From Candidatus Altiarchaeales archaeon (GTDB lineage: Archaea > Altiarchaeota > Altiarchaeia > IMC4 > SCGC-AAA252-I15), in contig WJMO01000005.1 in the NCBI GenBank assembly GCA_014727915.1, forward strand, positions 320,001-384,000: a DNA stretch of 64,000 bases. The letters are read 5' to 3'. Numbering within the stretch: position 1 is the first letter of the stretch; every line of letters starts with the position of its first letter. The position numbers and the translations under genes are program-made. The notes below the pieces were generated by a model. It saw nothing but the letters and a program-made list of their open reading frames with translations, made no database searches and was not told the origin of the DNA. Positions 29,331-38,366 of this stretch are shown here, one piece after another.

Positions 29331-30149
29331 TTGATCAGGCGTCCGGCTGTCGCGGGCCAGTTCTACAGCGGCAGCGTGTCGGGTTTGAAGGAGCAGGTGG
29401 AGTCCTGCTTAGACTTGAACGCCGAGAGATTCGACGCTTTGGGTGTGGTGTCCCCCCACGCGGGCTTGATGTACAGTGGCCCTGTGGCGGGGGCGGTATA
29501 CTCGCGGATCAACATGCCCGACACGTTCGTAATACTCGGGCCGAACCATCATGGTTTGGGAGCTGACTTCGGCATCATGACCGAGGGCATCTGGAACATG
29601 CCCTTTGGGGATGTGCGGGTGGATTCCATGCTTGCCAGGGAGATCTTCAAGAACTGCGGGAGCCTCGAGGAGGACCCGTTCGGCCAGGAGCGGGAGCACA
29701 GCCTGGAGGTCCAGGTCCCGTTCATGCAGTATTTCTCAGACAGCTTCCAGATAGTGCCCATAGCCTTGAGGCATTACAGCCCAGACGAGGGTTTCCTCGG
29801 GGTTTGTGAGGACATCGGCAACGCGATAGCTTCGGTGGTGTCAAAGGTCGATTCCAGGGTTGTGATTGTGGCGAGCACTGACTTCACCCACTATCAGCCC
29901 CAGGAGGTCGCGGAGGAGAACGACCATGCCGCCTTGGACGCGATACTCTCATTGGATGCCGGGGCGCTGTTCAAGGAGGTGTCTTCGAGAGGTATCAGCA
30001 TGTGCGGCTACGCTCCGGTGGCTGTGATGCTGACCGCATGCAAGGGATTGGGAGCCTCTAGGGCCGAGCTTGTCAAATACCTGACCTCAGGGGACACGAC
30101 GGGAGACTACTCTGCTGTCGTAGGATACGGGGGTGTCGTGGTACGGTAG
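29331..30149 (+). CDS. MEMO1 family protein (AmmeMemoRadiSam protein B)
   Basis: RRPAVAGQFY, PHAG..YSG, GPNHHG, EHSLEVQ, STDFTHY, SMCG, VVGY. Confidence 0.93.
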   Translation: MIRRPAVAGQFYSGSVSGLKEQVESCLDLNAERFDALGVVSPHAGLMYSGPVAGAVYSRINMPDTFVILGPNHHGLGADFGIMTEGIWNMPFGDVRVDSMLAREIFKNCGSLEEDPFGQEREHSLEVQVPFMQYFSDSFQIVPIALRHYSPDEGFLGVCEDIGNAIASVVSKVDSRVVIVASTDFTHYQPQEVAEENDHAALDAILSLDAGALFKEVSSRGISMCGYAPVAVMLTACKGLGASRAELVKYLTSGDTTGDYSAVVGYGGVVVR

Positions 30150-30467
30150 CTACTTGCGCCTTAATGGCAATCCGCTCGGCTCATCATCATCGTCTCCCTC
30201 CAGGCCTGGGAGGTCCTCGTCTATGGGCTTTTCAGCCTGTTGGTCTTTCCCTCCCAGCATGTTACCTGTGTCTTTCAGGTCGTGTATGCTGTCGTTTGCG
30301 ATTCCCTTGTTCTCGTCCACGATGTTTCCCAAGGAGCTGAAGGTGTCGTTTATGCTCATGAACACTATCATCAGGAGGATGAGTCCGGCGACGAGGAGCC
30401 AGAAGTTCCTACGGTCCACCTCGTCCATCTCATTCCACTTTTCCCTGAATTCATCTATCGGGCTCAT
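30150..30467 (-). CDS. Hypothetical single-TM protein
   Basis: TM FWLLVAGLILLMIVF; acidic tail. Confidence 0.7.
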   Translation of the reverse strand: MSPIDEFREKWNEMDEVDRRNFWLLVAGLILLMIVFMSINDTFSSLGNIVDENKGIANDSIHDLKDTGNMLGGKDQQAEKPIDEDLPGLEGDDDDEPSGLPLRRK

Positions 30468-30524
30468 ATCATGTAAATATTGTGTTTATCCCATTTATAT
30501 ACCTCTTTCTGCTATATTTAGTCT

Positions 30525-30614
30525 ATGCCCTGTGGTAGGAAGAGGAAGCTGCAGAAGATGCGGAAGCACAAGCTGAAGAAGCGCCGGAAGAAGACTAGGC
30601 ACACGAAAAAGTAG
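30525..30614 (+). CDS. 29-aa basic protein resembling the bS22/mS38 (AURKAIP1/COX24-domain) ribosomal peptide
   Basis: Not in ORF track: MPCGRKRKLQKMRKHKLKKRRKKTRHTKK; TTTATATA box about 25 nt upstream. Confidence 0.75.
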   Translation: MPCGRKRKLQKMRKHKLKKRRKKTRHTKK

Positions 30615-30621
30615 GTTTAGT

Positions 30622-32373
30622 CTACCTTTTTCTCAACTTTGACTTCAACACGCCAGCGACTATTATCAGAGACATCAGCAGCGCCGCATACATTATTATG
30701 TCATCCTGGCTTATCTCAAGCTCCTCCTTCACGGTCGTTGTGGTGGAAGTCTGGGTGGTGGTGGTCTTGCTGGCCAGCCCCTCCCTGCTGAGTTCAATGA
30801 GGGTTTTAGCGACGTTCATCCCCGGCTCATACCCAACCCTCTCGTATTCCTCATAAGCCCTTTCCGCGTATTCCAATGACGTCTCAAAGGACCCGTTTAT
30901 GTAGTGTGATTCTGCAGTCTCATAGTATCTCTGTCCGGCTTCCCTGTTTTTTATTGTCGCGATTATCTCGGCGGCTTTCCCGGTGTTCAGCTCAGCCAGC
31001 TCCCTGGACCTGTTCAGCCCCTTCTCATAGCCTATAAGCTTGTACATCTCGATGGACTGCTGGGCCGCCTCTATGCTCGCATTGTACCTGCCCGCCTCAT
31101 AGTGTTCGATCGCCTTCCTATAGTACTGTTCCGCCTCTATTATGTTCATGGACTTTGTTGCGAGGCTTCTGGCGTCTGACTCGTTGGGGGTCAACCCGAC
31201 CTCCTTGTATATCTCGGCTGCCATGTTGGCGTGTTCGATGGTCGTCTCGAAGTCTTCCAATTCGAAGTACTTCAACGCTTCGAGGTATTGCTTGTACGCT
31301 TCCCTGGCTTTGAAGATGTCCTCGTCTATCCTATATGATATTATCCCGTCGTTGGTGCCCACGAACAGCCTGACGAAACCCTCCTCTCTGACGGGCTTTA
31401 TGGAGAGTATCTTATCTCTGACCTGGTGTTCCCAGTTCACCTCTCCCCGTGGGTTGATGAATGCGAGGGTGCTTCCCGCCCCCACTAGAAGGTAGTTCTG
31501 GCTTGACCCGTATATTCCCATGGCGCTTATGGCCTCTATGTTGGGCCTGCCGTGGCTCCAGAGCCTGTTACCCGCCGAGTCGTAGACGTGGATTATGTCC
31601 TCTGAAAGGCCGATGTATTCGGGTTTTCCGTCCCCGTCCAGGTCGTAGGCTTCTGCCATGTCATACCTGCTTTCGGCAGGCTGTTCCCACATTGTCTCCC
31701 CGTTGTCGTCTAAGAGGTATAGGCCTTTGAAGCCTGCTATGATGTATTCCATCTTCTTGTCGCCGTCCGCGTTCACGGGCTTGGCATCCCACACAGACCC
31801 GTCCATGGTCAGCTCTTTCAAGACGTTACCCTCATGGTCGTATGCGCGTATCCTGTTGTCTACGGATGATGTTATGATGTCTGTCTTACCATCTCCGTTG
31901 GCGTCGGCGAAGCTTATGCTCGTTATCAAACCCGTGTCCTTGACCATCCAAACGTACCTGTTATACAGCCTGTCCAAGCCAACCTCGGGTATCCTCTGGT
32001 GCCTGTATAGGCGGTGGTTGTTTATGGACCCCACCCTTATCTCAGTGCCTGATATGAGGTCCAGGTACCTGTTACCGTCTATGTCTGCCACCGCGGCTAT
32101 GGTCTGGTCCTCATCCCCGTACTCTATCTCCGCCTCACGCGGTATTATGGTGTTGTACTTTGTCTTACCCTCCTCGTCGTAGACTGCCACGGAAGTCCGG
32201 TAGGGGTGGAAGCTCAACGCGTAGATCTCATACTCTCCGTTCTCGTTCAGGTCGAAGCATTCTATCCTGTTGACGCCCTTGGCTATGCTCTGGCTCCAGT
32301 CCGGCTTCAGCGGAGCCTCCGCAGCCCACGCCACATGGGACAGCATCAACAATGCCAAAAGAGCCCTTTTCAT
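30622..32373 (-). CDS. Surface protein: FG-GAP-like beta-propeller, TPR-like helices, Thr stalk, C-terminal TM
   Basis: Signal peptide; DIDGN, DANGDG, NADGD, DLDGDG motifs. Confidence 0.85.
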   Translation of the reverse strand: MKRALLALLMLSHVAWAAEAPLKPDWSQSIAKGVNRIECFDLNENGEYEIYALSFHPYRTSVAVYDEEGKTKYNTIIPREAEIEYGDEDQTIAAVADIDGNRYLDLISGTEIRVGSINNHRLYRHQRIPEVGLDRLYNRYVWMVKDTGLITSISFADANGDGKTDIITSSVDNRIRAYDHEGNVLKELTMDGSVWDAKPVNADGDKKMEYIIAGFKGLYLLDDNGETMWEQPAESRYDMAEAYDLDGDGKPEYIGLSEDIIHVYDSAGNRLWSHGRPNIEAISAMGIYGSSQNYLLVGAGSTLAFINPRGEVNWEHQVRDKILSIKPVREEGFVRLFVGTNDGIISYRIDEDIFKAREAYKQYLEALKYFELEDFETTIEHANMAAEIYKEVGLTPNESDARSLATKSMNIIEAEQYYRKAIEHYEAGRYNASIEAAQQSIEMYKLIGYEKGLNRSRELAELNTGKAAEIIATIKNREAGQRYYETAESHYINGSFETSLEYAERAYEEYERVGYEPGMNVAKTLIELSREGLASKTTTTQTSTTTTVKEELEISQDDIIMYAALLMSLIIVAGVLKSKLRKR

Positions 32374-32435
32374 GCCCTTACATATGTGAATCCACTCTAT
32401 TATAATCCTCTCTTATATTCGCTGCTTACCAGTCT

Positions 32436-32819
32436 ATGCTTATGGCGTCTTTCAAGGAGCTTGTGGAGCTGATGGCCTACATGCGCGGCCCCAGCGGGTG
32501 CCCGTGGGACCGGGAGCAGACCATATCCGACTTTACAGTCCACCTTCGCAACGAGTCGGAGGAGGCCTTGCAGGCCATCGAGAAGGAGGACTATGAGAAC
32601 CTAAGGGAGGAGCTCGGCGACCTGCTGTTGCATGTCCTGTTCATATCCCGGATCGCCGAGGAGGAGGGCCTTTTCACCATCCAGGACGTGATGGACGGCT
32701 TGAAGGACAAGATTGTGAGGCGGCACCCCCACGTCTTCGGCGATGAGAAGGTAGCTTCCTCGGAGGATGTCATGCGCCAGTGGAAGCGGATAAAGGAGGA
32801 GGAGAAGCGCAGTGGTTAG
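32436..32819 (+). CDS. mazG: MazG-family NTP pyrophosphohydrolase
   Basis: GCPWDREQT, EELGDLL, KIVRRHPHVFG. Confidence 0.93.
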   Translation: MLMASFKELVELMAYMRGPSGCPWDREQTISDFTVHLRNESEEALQAIEKEDYENLREELGDLLLHVLFISRIAEEEGLFTIQDVMDGLKDKIVRRHPHVFGDEKVASSEDVMRQWKRIKEEEKRSG

Positions 32820-32866
32820 TATTTATTCCAGACTTCAGAAATATTTACTGGACAGGGTGATCTCAG

Positions 32867-33253
32867 GTGTCTGGGGGTAAGATGGAGCACGAATACCATA
32901 ATCTGGGCAACGACTACTACAAGCTCGGAGACTTCCAGAGTGCGGTGGACCATTACTCCAAGGCGTTGGAGCTCAACCCCGAGCTTATCGAGTCCTACTT
33001 CAACCGTGGTCTTGCATACACCCGCCTTCGGGAGTTCGAGAAGGCGGTGGAAGACCACTCGAAGGCGATATCCCTCGACCCGGGCCTGATAGAGGCATAC
33101 TATACCCGCGGCCTACTGTATGAGTACCTCCACGACTATGAAAAGGCTTTGAACGACTATGATGCGGTCTTGGAGATGAAGCCGGACTACCATGAGGTCA
33201 GGGAGCAGCGGGAGATAGCCGTTCGGAAGAAGCTAGACGACAGATTCATATGA
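32867..33253 (+). CDS. TPR-repeat protein
   Basis: YHNLG...ALELNP, YFNRG...AISLDP, YYTRG repeats. Confidence 0.9.
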   Translation: MSGGKMEHEYHNLGNDYYKLGDFQSAVDHYSKALELNPELIESYFNRGLAYTRLREFEKAVEDHSKAISLDPGLIEAYYTRGLLYEYLHDYEKALNDYDAVLEMKPDYHEVREQREIAVRKKLDDRFI

Positions 33254-33783
33254 AGCTCTACATCCTCATCGACCGCATACCCGAACTGCCCTACTTCATA
33301 CTGTCCCTCCTGTTCCTATTCACCAATCCGATGCCTGTGTCGAGGCAGGTGTTCTCATCCGCGTTCATGTACCTCCTGGCTGCAATTGGACTGGGGCTGC
33401 TGCTTAAGTGCCTTTTGAGGACGGAACGCCCGAGGGAATACCACTGCATACCCATTGCCAGATACGACATACCCTCCCTTCACACGATGGTCTCCGTTGG
33501 CGCGGTAGCCTTCGTCTACTTCGCAGACCCCGTCTACGCGATTGTCCTGGCTCCCGTGAGCGTCCTTTACATGGTGTCCAGGCTCAAGCTTGGATTGCAC
33601 ACGCGAAACGCCGTATTCGCCGGGGCCCTGTTGGGATTGCTGGTGGGCTTATCATGCGGTTCCATGATGTGGACTCTAGACTTCAAAGGATTGGAGCCTT
33701 TCCTCTCCTCCATGTTCTTCATCACACCCCCCGCGGCCACAATGTTCCGGCTGAAATACCTGTCATACACGGGCTCGGCCTAG
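33250..33783 (+). CDS. PAP2-family membrane phosphatase
   Basis: KCLLRTERP, PSLH, SRLKLGLH. Confidence 0.8.
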   Translation: MKLYILIDRIPELPYFILSLLFLFTNPMPVSRQVFSSAFMYLLAAIGLGLLLKCLLRTERPREYHCIPIARYDIPSLHTMVSVGAVAFVYFADPVYAIVLAPVSVLYMVSRLKLGLHTRNAVFAGALLGLLVGLSCGSMMWTLDFKGLEPFLSSMFFITPPAATMFRLKYLSYTGSA

Positions 33784-34221
33784 GAGCCTACCGTCCAAGG
33801 CCAGGTGAACGCCATAGCCCAGGAATCCCATGCCCGCGTATAGCGGGTCTATCAATGCCAGAGGCGCTGACATCAGGGCGCCTGCGATGGGCTGGTGGAA
33901 GGCTCCCCTGTGCCTTGTGAGCCACATGCCGGCCGTAAGCGCCGAGAGTGCGAGGGCGGCGCATGCGTAACGCACATCCCCCGATATCAAATATGCGGTG
34001 GTGGATGCGGCTACCGCCGATGCGGAGCCCAGGTTGAAGAACCTCCTGATCCTGGACGTGCGGGAGTCTATGTCGGGTGCTAGCGTGTATACGACACCAA
34101 CTCCGCCCCCGATCAAGTCCTTAACGCCCACCTCGGCCTTCAAACCCGCTCTGAAAAGGAAATAGTATACTGCGGCTGCTGCGATCACGTAGGCTGTCAG
34201 ATGGGTCTTGTATCCGCTCAA
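33763..34221 (-). CDS. YdjM-like membrane metal-dependent hydrolase
   Basis: TH, APDID, HRGAFH, HLALD. Confidence 0.85.
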   Translation of the reverse strand: MSGYKTHLTAYVIAAAAVYYFLFRAGLKAEVGVKDLIGGGVGVVYTLAPDIDSRTSRIRRFFNLGSASAVAASTTAYLISGDVRYACAALALSALTAGMWLTRHRGAFHQPIAGALMSAPLALIDPLYAGMGFLGYGVHLALDGRLLGRARV

Positions 34222-34227
34222 AGGCCC

Positions 34228-34977
34228 TCACCTCATCCTGGACATGAACCTCATGCCTCCGTACAGGGCCAGTATTATCATGGCCAATGTGAAGAAGTAC
34301 ATGAGCTTGCTTCCTCCCCCGGCTTCCACTGACAATGTGGTTGTCGTCACCGGAGGTTCTGGTATGGTGTAACAGTTGGGCATGGTCTCCGAGCAGATGC
34401 ACACAGGCCCCGCCCTGTCATCCCTGAAGCACGTCTTGACCCCCACGTACAGCCTGTTGCATTCATCCATGCAGTAGCTAAGGCACTCGGCGCATGCGGG
34501 GTTGGTCTCCTCCTTGCAGCAGTCGTTCCTGCCATCCTGGTCTGCGTCGAATTCCACGCTGCAGACGGACTTGCTCCTGCCGCATTGGGGCGCCTCCAAG
34601 GTCGTGGTGGTATATGTGATCCCCTGGCTTTCAGCCTCCCTCCTCACAGCTTCCTTCTTGGCTTCCAGCCACTCGACCCTTCCCAAGGTCTCCGGGAAGG
34701 TGGTCGTGGTCACTGGGTCCTCCTTGATGACCCTGTGGGTGTCCCTTCCGATATCGTATACGCCCTCGTCTGTGTTGTTCTGGATGATCGTCGTGGTGGT
34801 CATCTTCTCAGTGTCGTGGTAGTCCTGGTTAGCGTGCTCTATCATGTACTCCCAATAGTCTTCCTGGTCCAGTATGACGGCGGTCTCGTTTTCACTGGGT
34901 GGCGTGGCTGATGAGACCACCCCTGAGGAAAGCATCAGTGCCGCTATTATCACCGCGTTCAAAGGCCTTTTATCCAC
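34228..34977 (-). CDS. Cys-rich surface protein with C-terminal TM anchor
   Basis: Signal peptide, Thr runs, Cys-rich domain, C-terminal TM followed by basic tail. Confidence 0.8.
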   Translation of the reverse strand: MDKRPLNAVIIAALMLSSGVVSSATPPSENETAVILDQEDYWEYMIEHANQDYHDTEKMTTTTIIQNNTDEGVYDIGRDTHRVIKEDPVTTTTFPETLGRVEWLEAKKEAVRREAESQGITYTTTTLEAPQCGRSKSVCSVEFDADQDGRNDCCKEETNPACAECLSYCMDECNRLYVGVKTCFRDDRAGPVCICSETMPNCYTIPEPPVTTTTLSVEAGGGSKLMYFFTLAMIILALYGGMRFMSRMR

Positions 34978-35030
34978 CGCTTATGTATTGGCTCTGCCGT
35001 ATTATAAACCATAATCAGTAATAGTTTCCA

Positions 35031-35699
35031 ATGAGCAGGTTAGCCGGGTTTCCGCCAAAGGAGCGTGCTGAAGGAAAAACCGCAAGGCCGGGCGGGAGGA
35101 CATTCAGCACTGTCCTGGTGTTGGGGGTGTCCATAGCCGTGATAATAGCGGTTGTGCTGGTTTCCGCTGCACTGTTCTCGCTGGCGGCCTCCAAGTCGGT
35201 GGAAATCCCGTCTCTGCCGTTCTCTCAGACCTCGTCCACAACAACATCCACGACTTCGACCTCTTCGTCCACGTCTACCTCTTCCACGTTGACCTCTTCG
35301 ACCACTGTCACCTCCACAACGTCGCCGCCGACCTCGCAGACCACGACCACCACCGCTTCGACAACCACCACCCTGAACAGGTACCAGGTAGCCTTGTGCA
35401 TGTCCACCAACATGGACGAGCTGTACATCGGGACTAACCTGCCCTCGGACCGGCTGCTCCTCTACCTCGGCGAGTATGAGTCCCTGTTCCCTGTCACCGA
35501 GTGCCGCACGTCGGATGACAAGGACAAATGCAACGACGACATACGCGAGTTCGTAGAGGATGACATGCTTTTCATCAACGACGACACCGTTAACACCGTC
35601 GGATACCCTGTCCTCGTGAGGGGTCCCAGGGCGTATCTCATACCTTCCCCCAAGAAGATGGAAGACCTTCTCGGCTGCGGCAGCCTGGAAGGCATCTGA
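35031..35699 (+). CDS. Membrane-anchored Thr-stalk protein with a CXXC-less thioredoxin-like domain
   Basis: MSRLAG start, TM, T/S stalk, then ALC...EC...C...GYPVL...LLGC pattern. Confidence 0.7.
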   Translation: MSRLAGFPPKERAEGKTARPGGRTFSTVLVLGVSIAVIIAVVLVSAALFSLAASKSVEIPSLPFSQTSSTTTSTTSTSSSTSTSSTLTSSTTVTSTTSPPTSQTTTTTASTTTTLNRYQVALCMSTNMDELYIGTNLPSDRLLLYLGEYESLFPVTECRTSDDKDKCNDDIREFVEDDMLFINDDTVNTVGYPVLVRGPRAYLIPSPKKMEDLLGCGSLEGI

Positions 35700-35704
35700 C
35701 TGCC

Positions 35705-36496
35705 ATGGACTCGGACGTTAAGCTGACCATAGTCTTCCTGCTCCTCATGGTCTTAGTGTTGGCTGGCCTCATCGCGGGCCTGGCGTACCTCACATACTCC
35801 GCTCCGGAGTCTCCGCCGCTGACTACCACCACTTCCTCCTCGACCACAACTTCAACGGCCTCTTCCACCTCTTCGACCACTGTAACTATCGTCTCTACCA
35901 CGACCACGACGACGCTGAGGCCGTTGCACATCTCATCCTCTCCTGATATGCTGTACAGGTTCGACGACGCGATACTGAACGTTACCTCTGATGGTGATGG
36001 GCTGTCGGGTGCGGTCGTCTACGTCAACGGCGAATTCGACGGAACCACCGTGGACGGCTTCTACCGTCTGTTGAGCTTGGAAGGGGGGGAATACGATGTG
36101 GTGGTCTCGAAGGACGGCCACTATAACGCTTCCACAAGGGTGGTGGTCTCACCTGACACCTATGCAACGTCCAAGGCCGTTCACGAGGAGCTATCGCTTC
36201 TGGAGCGTCAGATGGCCTTTGCAGATGGTAAGGCGAGCGTTCGCATGTATGAGACCTCCTTCTGCAGCAACTGCCGCCAGGTAAGGCCCAAGTTGGACGC
36301 GGTCGTCGACTCCAACAGGGACTGCATCGTCTACGAGAAGCTCAGCTGGTACTCCCACCAGAGGGAGGCGGGAGGTGGCACTCTGCCGATAATAGTCATC
36401 GAGGGCTCGCGGGGGGAGTTCCGGGTGACCGGCATTGTTCCCATGTCCACTGTGAAGTCCATGGTGGAGCGGGCTTCGGGGTGTGATGTGTCATGA
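35705..36496 (+). CDS. Membrane-anchored PEGA-like plus thioredoxin (CSNC) protein
   Basis: GAVVYVNG...GEYDVVVSKDGH; FCSNCR...TLPIIVI. Confidence 0.8.
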   Translation: MDSDVKLTIVFLLLMVLVLAGLIAGLAYLTYSAPESPPLTTTTSSSTTTSTASSTSSTTVTIVSTTTTTTLRPLHISSSPDMLYRFDDAILNVTSDGDGLSGAVVYVNGEFDGTTVDGFYRLLSLEGGEYDVVVSKDGHYNASTRVVVSPDTYATSKAVHEELSLLERQMAFADGKASVRMYETSFCSNCRQVRPKLDAVVDSNRDCIVYEKLSWYSHQREAGGGTLPIIVIEGSRGEFRVTGIVPMSTVKSMVERASGCDVS

Positions 36497-37152
36497 ACTT
36501 CGGATTGCTCTTCCTGAGCGTTTCATCGGGCCTTCTGGCTTCGGTCAGCGCATGCAGTCTGCCCGTCTATCCGGTCCTGTTGAACATCATGTCAAAGTCG
36601 GGTGACAGGCGAATGTCGGCGGTGTCCTTCAGCTTGGGCCTCTCCTTCACATATGCCCTGTTCTATGTTGCGGTGGCGTTCCTGGTGAAGTCCCTCGGCG
36701 AGTCCGTGTTCGACAGCTTCTCAACGTTGTATGCCGTCCTCTATTCCCTGGCTGCTATCACCTGCTTCGGGTTCGCGTTCCAGTCTCTCACGGGCTTCGC
36801 GTTCTTCACCCGGTCCTTCGGCTCTCCCAGGCACTTTGCGGGGGTGTTCGGGGCGTTCCTCACGGGCGTTCTGTTCGGCACCGTGTTGACCCCGTGCAAC
36901 ATCCCGTTCATGCTCGCCGGATTGCTTCCGGTTCTCATGTCGGGGTCCTCGGTGGCGGAGGGCCTTCTTCTCGTGTTCGCCTTCAGCTTCAGCCTGGGGT
37001 TCCCTGTCCTATTGTTCGGCCTGTTCTCAGGCTATGCGGTGGAGTCCTGGGTGAAGGAGAACATCCTGTTCATAGAGCGCTTGTCCGCGGTTTTCCTGGT
37101 ATTTGTGGGCTTCTACTTTGCCCTGGTGGTCTACGAGTTCCTCGTCATCTAG
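36493..37152 (+). CDS. ccdA: CcdA/DsbD-type transmembrane electron transporter
   Basis: SACSLPVYP and LTPCNIP Cys motifs; about 6 TM helices; coupled to the thioredoxin gene. Confidence 0.8.
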   Translation: MNFGLLFLSVSSGLLASVSACSLPVYPVLLNIMSKSGDRRMSAVSFSLGLSFTYALFYVAVAFLVKSLGESVFDSFSTLYAVLYSLAAITCFGFAFQSLTGFAFFTRSFGSPRHFAGVFGAFLTGVLFGTVLTPCNIPFMLAGLLPVLMSGSSVAEGLLLVFAFSFSLGFPVLLFGLFSGYAVESWVKENILFIERLSAVFLVFVGFYFALVVYEFLVI

Positions 37153-37790
37153 CGCAGGTGCTCGGCTATGGCTTCGTACAGTTGGTCCAAGTTGGTGCCT
37201 TCCTTGCAGGATATTGGCACCACCGGCATCTTCTGCAGGGCCTTCTTTACCCTCCCCGGGTCCGAATGCGGCAGGTCTATCTTGTTGGCTGCGACTATGA
37301 CCTTGACGTTGTTGGATTTGAGCACTCCGAGGAGCAGGGAGTTCACCTTAGTGTAGGGGCTTTCAGTGGAGTCCAGGACGACTATGGCGCTGTCTATCAT
37401 CCTCATGAACCGGACAGCCGATGCGATGCCGTTGGTAGCTTCCATGAGCCTTTTCCTCGCTTCTTTCTCGTCGATGCCCGAGCTGATGAACTCTTCGAAC
37501 GCGTCCGTGTGCAATCCCTTCTTGGTGGATATGCCCGGCATGTCGAAGAGGTCTATCTCCAGTTTCTTCCCTGACGGGGACTTCAGAACGACCTCCTCCA
37601 TCTGCTGTATCCGCCGGGTCTCGTGCCGGATGTCCGACACCTTCCATCCTGCGCCCCCCACGAAGTCCACTATGATCTTGTTGGCTAGTGAGGTCTTGCC
37701 GCTGTTCGGGGGCCCGTATATGCCGACCCTGACGTTCTTGCGCAGCTGGAACATGCGTTTTATCCACCTTAGGAATCTCCTGTGAGGCAT
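37149..37790 (-). CDS. Era-like small GTPase (OapA/ArvA family)
   Basis: VGIYGPPNSGKTSLANKI, HETR, DMPG, ANKID, ISC..G.N. Confidence 0.85.
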   Translation of the reverse strand: MPHRRFLRWIKRMFQLRKNVRVGIYGPPNSGKTSLANKIIVDFVGGAGWKVSDIRHETRRIQQMEEVVLKSPSGKKLEIDLFDMPGISTKKGLHTDAFEEFISSGIDEKEARKRLMEATNGIASAVRFMRMIDSAIVVLDSTESPYTKVNSLLLGVLKSNNVKVIVAANKIDLPHSDPGRVKKALQKMPVVPISCKEGTNLDQLYEAIAEHLR

Positions 37791-37826
37791 CTCAGTTACA
37801 GATGTGAACGAGGGGATAAATATGCC

Positions 37827-38240
37827 CTATTCGACTGCTTTCCTCAGCCTTTCCAGTATCCTCTTCAGCCCTCCGTCCCTTCTGTTTTCCCATATGCTGG
37901 GTTCGAACCTGTCCTTCTCCCCCATTACTATGTGGATGGACCTGCGCAACCCTACAAAATCCGTTTTCCCGCCTTTCAGTATCTCTTCGGCGTTGTTCAA
38001 CGGGTCCTCCTCTCCGCTCACGTTCAATGCTCTGAGGGTTTCGGCTATGTTGTGCATGTGTCCTTGGAGATCGTCTTCGTCCGCTTCCAGTGCTGCTCTC
38101 GTAAGCTCTCTTGAATAGCGTCTCAGGTCTGCTGTTGGATGGTCTTCAATCCCTTCTTTCAGGTCTGCTAGCACCTCATTGGCTGCTCTTCCTCTGATCT
38201 TCTGGAACAGTTCCCTACCGTCCCTGCTGAAGGTGACCAT
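37827..38240 (-). CDS. Hypothetical protein
   Basis: Likely start MVTFSRDG downstream of an AT-rich promoter. Confidence 0.65.
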   Translation of the reverse strand: MVTFSRDGRELFQKIRGRAANEVLADLKEGIEDHPTADLRRYSRELTRAALEADEDDLQGHMHNIAETLRALNVSGEEDPLNNAEEILKGGKTDFVGLRRSIHIVMGEKDRFEPSIWENRRDGGLKRILERLRKAVE

Positions 38241-38328
38241 GTTAACAGAATGGAGAAACAGAATATTATATGAAAAAATATAAATAGTTAATAAAAAACT
38301 TTTAATAATTAAGAAAAAATGGGTTTTT

Positions 38329-38355
38329 GCCATGCCCTTCTTGTTGGGGCATGGC
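38329..38355 (-). terminator. 9-bp stem hairpin just after the glutamine synthetase stop
   Basis: GCCATGCCC-N9-GGGCATGGC flanked by T/A runs. Confidence 0.5.
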
Positions 38356-38366
38356 TTTTCTGCTCG

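Noticed and set aside
38241-38328. Replication origin next to the oapA-like gene
   Set aside because: The AT-rich tract is short, with no ORB-like repeats and no cdc6/orc1 nearby; it fits a promoter/terminator gap.
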